This document shows positions 38,023 through 48,229 of a DNA stretch of 64,000 bases, one piece after another. A program made the position numbers and the translations under genes. Location of the stretch: assembly GCA_965203975.1 (NCBI GenBank), contig CBDBDT010000001.1:438880-502879 (forward strand), read 5' to 3'. This DNA is from Dehalococcoidia bacterium. GTDB lineage: Bacteria > Chloroflexota > Dehalococcoidia > Lucifugimonadales > UBA3495. Numbering within the stretch: position 1 is the first letter of the stretch; every line of letters starts with the position of its first letter. Under the pieces are notes generated by a model. It was given only the letters and a program-made list of their open reading frames with translations. It had not been told where the DNA came from and did not search any database.

Positions 38023-39372
38023 ATGGACCGAATCACCGAGTATTTGAGTGACTATGCCGAGTCCCTGGAGTTCGCTGGTCTCCCCCAAGATGTCGTGGAC
38101 AAATCCAAGCGGTTGATTATAGACACCCTGGGTTGTGCTTTAGGTGGATATTCCAGCGAACCCAGCAAGATCGCCCGAGCAATGGCTGAAGCCACCTGCT
38201 CCAACCCGGCCACTGTCATCGGTAGTGGGCAGAAAACCACGCCGGACCTGGCCGCCTTCGCCAATGGCACTATGATCCGGTACCTGGACTTCAACGACAT
38301 CGTCATGTCCAGATTCGGAGGCGGGCATCACAGCGACGACATCGCGGCCATCCTGTCCCCCGTTGAGGTGGTCCATGGCAGCGGCAAAGACGTCATCACC
38401 GCCACCGTCCTGGCCTATGAAGTCAACACCCGTTTCCCGGACAAGTTGAGTTTGCAGGCCAAGGGTTGGGACGGGAGCGTGTTTGGTGTCATCGCCTGCG
38501 GTGTTGCCGCCGCCAAGGCCTTTGGTCTGGGCAGGGACCAGATAGCCCAGGCCATCAACCTGAGTACGGTTGCCAACAGCGGCCTTTACCAGACCCGCAT
38601 AGGGTCCGTCTCCCACTGGAAAGGCGTGGCCATGCCCAATGCCGCCCGCAATGCGGTATTCGCCGCCATGTTGGCTTCCCAGGGCATGACCGGACCGGAC
38701 CCTATCTTTGAGGGTCGCGGAGGGCTTTTCAACGCCCTGGGAGAGAGTTTCGAACTGGACCAGTTCGGAGGAAACGGGCGACCTTTCAGAATCCTGGAAG
38801 CCAGTCTGAAGCATTATCCGGTAGGGGCGGTTGCCCAGACGGCGGTGGAAGCGGCCCTGGCCATACGTCCCAAACTGAACGGCATCGACGACATAGCCGA
38901 GGTCTACGTAGAGACCTTCAGTTCGGTGATGTCGGGCGACGCTGACAAATGGGACCCCCAGACGAGGGAAGCAGCAGACCACAGCATGCCTTACAGCGTG
39001 GCGACCGCCCTCCGCTATGGCCCGCCGCAGGTCTATCACTTCTTCCCCGATTACTTCCGAGACCCAACGACGCTGGAACTGATGCAGAAGATCAAGGTGG
39101 AGGTCACCGAAGAAGCCCAACAGGCCTATCCCGATGCGATGCTCGATACGGTGGAAGTGGTTACCAAATCAGGGCAGCGTCTAAAGGAACGGGTACCGCA
39201 TCACCGGGGCCATTACATGAATCCCATGACCGACGAGGAACTGGAAGCCAAGTTTTGTTCCCTGGCCCAGGGACTCCTGAGCGAGTCCCAAATCAGCGGG
39301 CTGCTGGAGCGGCTGTGGAACCTGGAGCAGGTGGAGGACATTGGCGAGGTGATGGAGCTTCTGAAGGTTTAG
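38023..39372 (+). CDS. MmgE/PrpD family protein (2-methylcitrate dehydratase-like)
   Basis: It has MDRITEYLSDYAESL...RLIIDTLGCALGG and a GGAGGG RBS. The 867-aa ORF-track version was rejected because its first ~418 aa are antisense to gene B. Confidence 0.85.
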   Translation: MDRITEYLSDYAESLEFAGLPQDVVDKSKRLIIDTLGCALGGYSSEPSKIARAMAEATCSNPATVIGSGQKTTPDLAAFANGTMIRYLDFNDIVMSRFGGGHHSDDIAAILSPVEVVHGSGKDVITATVLAYEVNTRFPDKLSLQAKGWDGSVFGVIACGVAAAKAFGLGRDQIAQAINLSTVANSGLYQTRIGSVSHWKGVAMPNAARNAVFAAMLASQGMTGPDPIFEGRGGLFNALGESFELDQFGGNGRPFRILEASLKHYPVGAVAQTAVEAALAIRPKLNGIDDIAEVYVETFSSVMSGDADKWDPQTREAADHSMPYSVATALRYGPPQVYHFFPDYFRDPTTLELMQKIKVEVTEEAQQAYPDAMLDTVEVVTKSGQRLKERVPHHRGHYMNPMTDEELEAKFCSLAQGLLSESQISGLLERLWNLEQVEDIGEVMELLKV

Positions 39373-39675
39373 GGGGGTGTCCAAGTCGATTTAACCCCAC
39401 GCGAGGTTCAACCGCTTGGTGGCAAAACGCTACTGGCCGACGACGAAGAAGTCTGCAGTGAGGACGTCATCGTTCGTGTTACCGCCGTTTAGGGGCCGAG
39501 GGAGGCAGATCAGCTGAACCTGGGCTGACCCTGTCGAAACGTCGGGTTCAGCCGGGATTCCTTTGGAGTTCAAGCCGTATGGTTGGGTTGGTGTAGCCTC
39601 TTGAGGACAGGACCCCCTCCGTAGGTTGCTGCTCTGGTTCAACCTGACCCAATAATTGTAGGGGGACAATAATGG

Positions 39676-39705
39676 ACCGAGGGTGGGGGTTCCCCCACCC
39701 TCGGT
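39676..39705 (-). terminator. Strong hairpin immediately after the CoA-transferase stop
   Basis: The arms accgagggtggggg and cccccaccctcggt are perfectly complementary around tt. The hairpin lies in a convergent intergenic region. Confidence 0.5.
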
Positions 39706-39707
39706 GG

Positions 39708-40925
39708 CTAGCCCGGGACCTCGTCGTAGTGGTCCGACTCGGAGATGACCTGCTTCTCCCGAAGCTCGGCTATGCGGTCGTCTGAGTAGCCCAGAACGCC
39801 AGAAAGCACTTCCTCGTTGTGCTCTCCGACGGCGGGTAACGAGCCGATGATGGCCGGTGTGCGGCTCATGTGCCAGTAATCGCCGTTGACGGGCATGGTC
39901 CCGGCGCGGAAGTCGGGAACCTCCACAATGATCCCCCGCTCCCACGGATGGGGGTCCTGGGCAGCCATGGGAATGGTGTTCACTGGAGCGATGGTCACGT
40001 CGTGGTGGGTGAAGTGCTCCACCACTTCCGCCGGGGTCATCTCCGCCAGGATTTCGTTGATCGCCTGATCCACCACCGCCCGGTTCTTGCTCCGCTCTGG
40101 ACGGGAAGTGAAACGGGGGTCTTCCAGCCAGTCCGGCCGGCCCAGGGCATTGCAGACCCGGTGCCACTGGTGCTGGTCTCCGGCGGTAATCAGCACATGC
40201 CCGTCCTTGCACGGGTATATCCCGCTGGGCGGCGCGCCGCCTCCCTCGCCCCGCTTCGGCTCAACGCCCGCGCCAACGTAGGCGGAGACAGGAATCTCCG
40301 TGTAGCTGTAACCGGTGTCGGCCAGACAAACGTCTATGGACTGGCCCATGCCAGACCACTCCCGCTCCCGCAGGGCTGACAGCACTCCGATGGCAGCGTG
40401 CAGGGCGGTGGTGCGGTCGATGAGGGATACCCTGGCCTGGACCGGCGGCCAGCCCTCCTCCCCGATGGTCATGGTGACGCCGGAGATACACTCGCCCACC
40501 GGCCCGTAGCCGATTTTTTCTGAATATGGGCCGAATTGCCCATAGGCGGAGGCGTTAACCATGATGATCCGTGGGTTGAGCTCTTGGAGCACGTCATACC
40601 CGAATCCCATGGTCTCTATGGTCCCCGGTCGGAAGTTCTGAAGGAAAACGTCGGAGACCTTGACTAACTCGGTCAAGACCTCCTTGCCCTCTTCGGTGCG
40701 CAGGTCCATGCTGAGGCTCTTCTTCCCGGTGTTGTGGGATGCCCAGTAGGCGCTCTGCCCCCGGACCCACGGCCCGTGGTAACGTGTCTCCTCACCCCCG
40801 ATTCTTTCAATCTTGATTACCTCCGCCCCCATGCGGGCCAGAACCTGAGCACATCGGGGACCGGCCTGATGGCGGCCGAGGTCGAGCACCCTGATCCCAT
40901 CCAAAGGTGGTCTGTAGTCCGGCAT
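39708..40925 (-). CDS. Family III CoA-transferase (CaiB/BaiF family)
   Basis: The start MPDYRPPLDGIRVLDLGRHQAGPRCAQVLARMGAEVIKIER has an AGGAGGG RBS. The ORF-track start at 41156 was rejected. Confidence 0.9.
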   Translation of the reverse strand: MPDYRPPLDGIRVLDLGRHQAGPRCAQVLARMGAEVIKIERIGGEETRYHGPWVRGQSAYWASHNTGKKSLSMDLRTEEGKEVLTELVKVSDVFLQNFRPGTIETMGFGYDVLQELNPRIIMVNASAYGQFGPYSEKIGYGPVGECISGVTMTIGEEGWPPVQARVSLIDRTTALHAAIGVLSALREREWSGMGQSIDVCLADTGYSYTEIPVSAYVGAGVEPKRGEGGGAPPSGIYPCKDGHVLITAGDQHQWHRVCNALGRPDWLEDPRFTSRPERSKNRAVVDQAINEILAEMTPAEVVEHFTHHDVTIAPVNTIPMAAQDPHPWERGIIVEVPDFRAGTMPVNGDYWHMSRTPAIIGSLPAVGEHNEEVLSGVLGYSDDRIAELREKQVISESDHYDEVPG

Positions 40926-41409
40926 GTCAACCCTCCTTTCTGTATTGAGTATTTCGTAGCATTCGTCAGTATATGTGACCGTAAGCAACTTGAATGATAG
41001 ACCTGCTGGTTGCAACTTTATACGCACCACGCCCTTCGCTGCAACAAAGGCGGATTTGCCCATGGTGTAAGGTCCCAAGTAAGGCTGGAACTTTTGCCCG
41101 GGCTGGCTGACACCGAAAGCCAATCTTAATGTGTATCTGGACAACGGTGACGACACCTACTCCCAGTACAGGATCTTCTAGGGCGAACTTGACCTGGATG
41201 CCGTGGCGGAGGAGCTGGAGGCCGGGGGGTTCAGCGAGGAGACCTACCGCGATTTCCCGATATGACAGAGAGGGTCCGGCTCCACGACCCTGGTCCTCCT
41301 GCAAGAACATGGCGGCTACATCGTGGACCACGAGAGGGAGGCCGGGGACATTCTGAGAACGATGGACCGGCAGGCGGGCTTCCTGGATGGCTAGGCCGAC
41401 CTAGGGCGG

Positions 41410-41751
41410 GTGCTCCAGGCCATCGGAGAAGGAATCTGGACCGTGGGCTTCACCTGCTGCAAGGAAGACCATTACACCCTGCCCTACACGAACCTGTACG
41501 ACTCCGAAAAAGAGCTGGGACTGCTGTCCAGCTTCCCCAGGCTGCTGACGGGTTGCGTCGCTAACGCCACCGCCGTCGGCGGAGCGGACGAGGACACCAC
41601 CGAGGCCGTCCCGGCCGTCCCGTTCAGCACCCCTCGCCGGGCAGAGTCGGAGCTGGAAGGCCTGCGGGGATTCATGGAAGACAGCGACCTCATCAATGTT
41701 GAGGATGACATGGTGGTGGAGCTGACGGACGATTTACGAATGATGGGATGA
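41410..41751 (+). CDS. Hypothetical acidic protein, possibly the 3' part of a disrupted gene
   Basis: It is a GTG-start ORF. The same frame upstream is protein-like but is broken by TAG 41179, TGA 41263 and TAG 41392. Confidence 0.3.
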   Translation: MLQAIGEGIWTVGFTCCKEDHYTLPYTNLYDSEKELGLLSSFPRLLTGCVANATAVGGADEDTTEAVPAVPFSTPRRAESELEGLRGFMEDSDLINVEDDMVVELTDDLRMMG

Positions 41752-41967
41752 GCTTTCACGCCGGCGGATCTGGACGGATACTTCGGTTCCCCTAGGGGTG
41801 GAGAACTCCTCTGGGGTTCTCATCCAGTTTGGACCCTTCCGTGAAGCCCGAGGGTCGTCGAACCCGGGATGGTCCTAGTTGGAGGACGTGGAGGGGAGTC
41901 ACGGCGCCGAGGCGCATGAGCTAATGTCGTCGTTGCAAGACCACTTCCAATCTTTTTGGACACCCTC

Positions 41968-42855
41968 TTACCGGCGCTGCCTGGGGTGTTTGGCCAGAAA
42001 ATCGTCGGCAATTTCCTCAAACGTGGCGAAGCGCACGCCTTCGTGAGAGCGGATATATTCCGTGATGCGCTCCAGCATCAGCAGCACCTGGGGCCGGCCG
42101 CTCACGTCCGGGTGGATGGTGATGGGGAACACCGCCTCGTCGTACTCCCGGTACACCCAATCGAACTGGTCCCGCCACATGGACTCAATGTCCCGGGGAT
42201 TTACGAACCCGTGGCTGTTGGGCGACTTCTTGATGAACATCATCGGCGGCAGGTCGTCCAGATACCAGTTGGCGGGTATCTCCACCAGGTCGGTCTCCTC
42301 GCCCCGCTCCAGGGCATGCATCCAGTAGTCTGCCGGCATGGCGAAGTCAATCTTCGTCCAGCGGTCGCCTACCCGGACATAGTAGCACTCGAAATCGCGG
42401 TGCATCAGGCTGTGGTCATACTTGATGCCGTGCTTCAGCAGCAGTTCGTTGGTGACGTGGCTGAACTCCCACCACGGTGCGACGTAGCCCCGCGGACGTT
42501 GCCCCGAAACCTCGGTGATCAGATCGATGCAGCGCAGCAGCACCGCCTCCTCCTGCTCCGGGGACATGGCGATGGGATTCTCGTGGGAGTAGCCATGCAT
42601 TCCGACCTCATGCCCCTGCTCCACAATCATCCGGCATTCGTCCGGAAAGGTCTCGATGGAGTGGCCCGGGATGAACCAGCTGGTCTTGATGTCCAGCCGT
42701 TCAAAGAGTCTCAGCAACCGGGGCGTTCCCACCTCGCCGGCGAACAGGCCGCGCGAGATATCGTCAGGTGAGTCCTCCCCTCCGTAGGAACCCAGCCAGC
42801 CGCCAACGGCGTCCAGGTCAACCCCAAAGGCGCACAGAATTCGTTTGTCGGCCAT
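41968..42855 (-). CDS. Polysaccharide deacetylase (NodB homology / PuuE-like) family protein
   Basis: It has [11 protein letters not shown], the metal-site-like [11 protein letters not shown], and is 295 aa. Confidence 0.85.
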   Translation of the reverse strand: MADKRILCAFGVDLDAVGGWLGSYGGEDSPDDISRGLFAGEVGTPRLLRLFERLDIKTSWFIPGHSIETFPDECRMIVEQGHEVGMHGYSHENPIAMSPEQEEAVLLRCIDLITEVSGQRPRGYVAPWWEFSHVTNELLLKHGIKYDHSLMHRDFECYYVRVGDRWTKIDFAMPADYWMHALERGEETDLVEIPANWYLDDLPPMMFIKKSPNSHGFVNPRDIESMWRDQFDWVYREYDEAVFPITIHPDVSGRPQVLLMLERITEYIRSHEGVRFATFEEIADDFLAKHPRQRR

Positions 42856-43705
42856 CTCAGATCTCCTCGCCGCGTCCCGTTGCCGATGCTCTCTCTATCA
42901 TACACGCACGACTTTCCATGCTGCCATTCCCCGGCCTTGTGTTGGCGCCGATGCAAGAATGAGAAGAGTGCATAACGCCATGCAAATTGGGGCTCAGGAT
43001 CAGGAGGTGGAGTTATTCTTTGGAATTCCCGGTTTGGAAAGCCGGGATTAGTATCGTAGTGACGTAGAGTTGGAAAGTACCGGTGTGTCAGCATCGGCCT
43101 TGGATAGAGGAAAGGAGGTTGATTGTGAACGGGAGCTCTGAGACTTATTTGAAGCTCAGTTCTGGGTAGCTCCTGGCTGTGTTGGAGGATCGGCCTTTTC
43201 CTGGAGGATGGTGACCGGCATTATTGAAGGTTAATGAGGAATGGAGAGGGCGTGTCAGGGACCGAGGCGGATGACTGTACGTCGCTCGGTGAGATTCCAG
43301 GTGCATCCGGTTTGTTTCCGCCGGATCTGGCCCTGTTGCCAGCTTACGCGCCTGCGGTTGGGGTATCTGGCGTTCTTGGGCGTTGGGCCCCTGCCATAAA
43401 AGGGTAAAAACCAATACGATGGATAGGACAAACAGGATTAATTCCCTTCAGTTGCACACTCTGAGCTGCTCCCCTTATCCGATTTGTTGGTTAAACCCGT
43501 TCGCGACTTATGCACACATGTGGAGAGGCGTAGGAACATGGCATTCGAAGTGTTCAGTCCATTTATGAGATGCGCGGAGTGAGGTGGAACCCATTAAGTG
43601 AGATATGCGCCATGGTTCCGGAGTCGCTTGAGTCCTCGAGACAAATCTCAACCCTGGAAGAATTCACAACCGATAGCCCAGACCTAGAGGAACTGGGGAG
43701 ACTAG

Positions 43706-44098
43706 CCAAGGAGTTCGACCACCTTAACATTTTGGGGATGTCCTCTAAAGAGGAAATCCACTCTGACCCACCCCCAGACCGGGTATTGAGGCAGCGTCAT
43801 CGACAGGGCCGCGGCCCTGATGGAGAGCCTCACGATGAACCATCCCTACCTGGATGGGAACAAGAAGGCGGGGTTGTTCCCGCCAGCGACCCTCCTGCGC
43901 CTGAATGGTCTCAGAACCGAGTGCAACAGCGGGGAGACCCATGCCCACTTGATGGACCTCTTTATAAGGCAGCACCTTCCGGCGCCCGCAGTTCAAAGCC
44001 TGGCTGGAGGAACACGTCGTCCCCCGGAACACCAACCAGGCGGCCCAGAGCCGAAGGACCGACACTGGCCCCGTCCAGGACGGAGGACCCTGGGGTAA
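43706..44098 (+). pseudogene. Fic/Doc family (death-on-curing-like) remnant
   Basis: It has the Fic motif HPYLDGNKKAG (43841-43873) and an in-frame TGA at 43787-43789. There is no start codon. The C-terminal FKAWLEEHVVP is in a different frame. Confidence 0.45.
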
Positions 44099-44656
44099 AC
44101 TTGCCGATCAAAAGACCGAAGGCAGGCATGTCCGCGCGGTTGCGGACATTGCCAGTCGGGCGAAGGGAGGATGACATCCCAGAACGGCATCCTCACTCGC
44201 GATAAGTGACCGTGTTCCAGAGTCCCATCGGGCGAATCCAACTTTCCTCCGCTTTGACAACTGCCTCCAGGACACCCAGATCAACATGGTGGAGCATGTG
44301 CTGAAGATGCCCGAGGGAGAATTTCTGATGATACGGAACTTTGGCCGGAAGCCGCTGGAGGCGGCACCAAACTGTTACTAGATCAACCCAACAAGCGTAA
44401 AGGCTCTCTCGCTCTGGAAGGGAACCGGCTCGCCAAACCCCCGGCCCAGGAGGATGTGGAAAGGATAGGCCTGAGGGATGGGGCCGCCATTTCCTCCGGC
44501 GAATGCCCTGCGTCGGCAACCCTGTGGCGAGTTCGCACCCACCGATTAGAAGCCCCGGGCCAAAGGGGGAGGTAAGGCCCGGGGCAGGAACCCGCGGCTG
44601 TGGGAATCCCCTGGTCCGCTGGGGACTCCCCGCTGGTTAGGACCTACGGTTAGGAC

Positions 44657-46531
44657 CTACTTGAACGTCATGGTCCACAGGGCGCTGGGGTATGGAGACA
44701 GGGGCCACGGCTCCCAGGTGGCTACCCGGGGGCCAACGCCGTAGGGCTGGTTCAGGTAGCCCGGGCTGAAGTCGTAGTGCTTGTCGAACACGGCCTTGAG
44801 GGCGGTGTGGTAGGCCTCATGCCGCTCCTCCATGGTGCCAACCGTGCCCAGGGCCGGCAGGATGATGTTCTCGGCCAGATCGCCGTCCTGGGCGATATAC
44901 CCGTCGGCGCTGTAGCGGCCCAGCATCCGGCGCCCTCCGTCGAAGGTGTTCTCATTGGTCCGCACGAGGTACTGCCCGGCAATCTCGCCGGCGTACTGGG
45001 TCTTCTTCAGGGAGACTTCCTCCCCGACCTTGACCTCGCAGTTGATGCCCAGGTGGGTGTTCCACATATTGCAGATCAGTTGGGACACCTCGACCGTGAG
45101 GGGAGCGCCCGCGCCGGTCCAGGTATGGATGGGGAAGACCCTGCCCCCATTGAATCCCTCACCGTTGGGATAGCCGGCATCGGCCATCAGCTGCTGGGCC
45201 TTCTCTGGGTCGAAGGTCAGGGGTGCGATGTCTTCCTCGTAGCCCAAGCCAGAAGGGCTGGCGATGCCCTGGTAGCCGGCGATGGTGAAGACCCCCTCGC
45301 CGCCGTAAAGCTGCTGTACCAACGTCTTGTCGATGGCGTAATCCAGGGCGTAACGTACGTTGGTATCGTTGCACATGACGGGGAGGCCGTCGTTGTCGGT
45401 GGCCCGGTCGCACCCGTTGGCGTTGATCCAGATATGCACCGCCTCCTCCACGTACATCACCTGGCCATCGCTCTGCTCGATCTGGTCGATGACCGTCAGG
45501 TCGGCCTCGATCAGGTCGGCGGAACCCGCCTGGAGAGCAGCGACCCTGGTTGAAAGCTCCGGCACCAGCCGAAGAGCGATCTGGGTGAAGGGGTAGGGCC
45601 GTTCGTCGGCCAGGAAGTAGTCTTCGAACCGCTCGTAGAGGAACTCCTCGGTGGGGAGGTGGGACACGATGTTATACGCGCCCACCAGGCCCGGGGAGGG
45701 GTCCTTCTGGAATTCGCTGAACCTGTCGCAGACATCCACCGGGGTGCAGTTTTCCACCGTTTCTCCCTTGGGGAGGCTCATCCAGTAGTCCTGGTTGACG
45801 ATGATTCCCTGGGTGCTGTTGTCAATCTCGCCCCAGGCCGCAGCTATGATGCCCAGGGGAGTTTCGGTGGTGACGCTGAACGTGTCGGGGCCGGTGATTT
45901 GCCGGTCGGTTATCTGCCGGGCGACCCGCACGGCGGAGACACTGGTGGCCTCCTCGTTGACGTTCATCGTATTGCTGAAGTAGACGTCTTCGACGGTTAC
46001 CTCGCTGCCGTCGTGGAACTGGATGCCTTCCCGGATGGTGAACTCCCAGGTGTGGCCGCCATTGGAGATCTCCCAGGCGTTGGCGATACCGGTCTCCGGG
46101 TCAATCACCAGGCTGCCATCCTCGTAGTTGGCCCCGATTAACCAGGTCTGGCTGAGACGGTGCCAGAGGTTGTTCTCGCCGGAACTGTACTTGGGGGCGA
46201 ACTGCTCGTTGCCCTGACTGGTGACCATGATGGTGAACTTGTCCACGCCTTGAGAGACCGGCTCCATGGCCGGGGCATCGGCGGGAGCGGCTGCGGCAAC
46301 GGGAGTGGGAGCAGCCATCTCCGCCTGGCCGGAACCGCCGGAATCAGGGGCCGCCGCTGGGGCGGCAGCCGGCTGCTGTTCCGCCGCTGCGGGCTGCTGT
46401 TGCTGGGCCGGTTCGGCCGCTTCATCGGTCTGGGCCGCCGACCCGCAGGCTACCGCCATTGCCATCAACAAGAGGAAGCCGAGGTGCCAAAACAGTTTGG
46501 TGCCGCGTTTGATCCGGGTCCAAGTGTTCAT
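44657..46531 (-). CDS. ABC transporter substrate-binding lipoprotein, family 5, SBP4
   Basis: The start MNTWTRIKRGTKLF has a GGAGGAGG RBS. It has a lipobox AMAVAC|GS, a Gln/Pro/Ala-rich linker and an SBP_bac_5-like body. Confidence 0.9.
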   Translation of the reverse strand: MNTWTRIKRGTKLFWHLGFLLLMAMAVACGSAAQTDEAAEPAQQQQPAAAEQQPAAAPAAAPDSGGSGQAEMAAPTPVAAAAPADAPAMEPVSQGVDKFTIMVTSQGNEQFAPKYSSGENNLWHRLSQTWLIGANYEDGSLVIDPETGIANAWEISNGGHTWEFTIREGIQFHDGSEVTVEDVYFSNTMNVNEEATSVSAVRVARQITDRQITGPDTFSVTTETPLGIIAAAWGEIDNSTQGIIVNQDYWMSLPKGETVENCTPVDVCDRFSEFQKDPSPGLVGAYNIVSHLPTEEFLYERFEDYFLADERPYPFTQIALRLVPELSTRVAALQAGSADLIEADLTVIDQIEQSDGQVMYVEEAVHIWINANGCDRATDNDGLPVMCNDTNVRYALDYAIDKTLVQQLYGGEGVFTIAGYQGIASPSGLGYEEDIAPLTFDPEKAQQLMADAGYPNGEGFNGGRVFPIHTWTGAGAPLTVEVSQLICNMWNTHLGINCEVKVGEEVSLKKTQYAGEIAGQYLVRTNENTFDGGRRMLGRYSADGYIAQDGDLAENIILPALGTVGTMEERHEAYHTALKAVFDKHYDFSPGYLNQPYGVGPRVATWEPWPLSPYPSALWTMTFK

Positions 46532-48229
46532 GTTCGCCTCCTCCGATCTTGTTTTCAGCCGATGGTCACCGGGGCCCTTGCTGTCAAACCCTCCCCCAAG
46601 CGTGATATAGCAGAGAACGCTGCGGCGCCTCCGTGCTGATGGGCGCAAACTAACACTCAAGCTCCTATGTGTCAATATTTCGAATATATAATACGCATGT
46701 ATATATATGTGTTTCGGAACAGAAAGGCTATAACATTAATGTTATCTGAACTTCATCCGGGGACATGGTATCAGTCTCCGTCGCTCCAGCGATGAACGCA
46801 AACAACGGGACTCTAACCGCCGACCTCGCCGGTTGAACCCGAATTCTCCACATCCCCGGTTAACCCCTCGCATGCAATCGTCCCGGACCCCGGCCCGGTC
46901 ACTCCATGTCTTTGAGGATGGGCTGCAGATCCCGCAAGGGAAGCGAGACCCGCCGCATGAGAACGACTTGTAAACCAAAGATGGTTCGACACCGGGCCGG
47001 GGCCGTCGGAAATTCGCCGCCCGCCCTGGTTCCGCGGATGAGGAAACCCAGGAGGAGAGGGGAGCACCGGACGGGGGGACTTCCAAACCTCGGCATTCAT
47101 GATCAGGCCTAGGGAACGGAAGAGACCGGAAGCAGGGGATAAATCCCCTGTCCGCAGTCCCGGTCAAAAAAGGATGCCTCTCTCTAGCTCAACCCGCCTT
47201 CCCAGCCCTTCCAGTAGGCTTCCAGCCCTTCCGCCCGGTATATCCTTTCCCGCCTGACCCCAGCCCTCGAGTCCTCGGCCGTGACTACCTCGAGGAGGAA
47301 CTGCGGTAGAGACTCCACGAGCACGGCTTCCCTGGTCCCGGGAAAGGGAAATGACCAAGCGATACCCAGGCCATCCGCGGAAATCCCGTACTCGGCGGGG
47401 GTATCAACCATGACCGGACACCTGTAATCCCCGACCTCCGGGGAGCCAGTGGGCCCAACCGGGATCTGACATCGGCAGTTCTGAACCCGAAGAAGTCGAT
47501 GCCGTTGACCAGTACCACCGGGTTCCCGTATGCGCACGCGATCACCAGTGCACCGCGGTGAAGTCTCTGAATCCAGAGCAACCCTAATGGACGGACCACG
47601 CAACCTTCAGGCTTTCTTCTTCGTTCTACTTACCGAGCATCAGGCTTCCGGTTCCATGCCGCAGTTGTTCCCACGCCACCAGGACCAGAGGATTCCCCGC
47701 AGCATCGGTGGTATCCCATACATCCGCCAAACGCGTTCCCAAAGGAACCACCCTCTTCTTCTCTCCGGATGGACGGGATTCCGATTCGGCAGCGATGGAA
47801 GACGGCCAAGCCGTGGTGGCGGTCCTGGACCCGCAGAAAGGCGCACCCCTCATTCACAGCCCAGAGAGGCCCGATACGAGTCGACCTCGAGGCACCAAAC
47901 CGCCGGGGTACCCAGGGTAAGGGTGGGGAGATCAGGTTCCATCCCGGGACAGCCGGTCTGGGTCCAAGTGCCCAAAAACCGTTGGTGGCCTGTGCTACCC
48001 GATCAGTTGGCTGGAGTTACTTGCACCCCACGCCCGCTTCTAGTGGTCGCTGGACAGGGCACGGGAACAAGGTCGTGATTACTAGGAGGCAGAAATCGCG
48101 TCTGGATGGCGATAGCCGGGTTCAAGGAAGATCCCCGGAGGCAGGGAGGAGGGGGTACCCCCGGCCGGGCCAACGCCAGCTCCAAGGCCCGGGGTAAGGG
48201 TGGAGGGATATTGTCCGGTCCTGTAGAAC

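Noticed and set aside
36769-39372. An 867-aa ORF on the + strand
   Set aside because: Only the last ~449 aa (from 38023, with an RBS) look like MmgE/PrpD. The first ~418 aa are the antisense shadow of gene B, have Arg/Gly/Pro/His-rich nonsense composition, and are typical of open antisense frames in high-GC DNA.
46750-47140. Possible tmRNA. The + strand contains gcaaacaacgggactctaaccgccgacctcgccggttga, which could encode an ANNGTLTADLAG* tag, and starts near GGGGACA. RNase P or SRP RNA were also considered.
   Set aside because: I could not find a tRNA-like 3' end (T-arm GGTTCGAATCC-type plus a complementary acceptor ending in CCA), nor the P4 elements or conserved blocks of RNase P in the right order, nor an SRP domain IV. 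The region is kept only as an unexplained GC-rich structured stretch.
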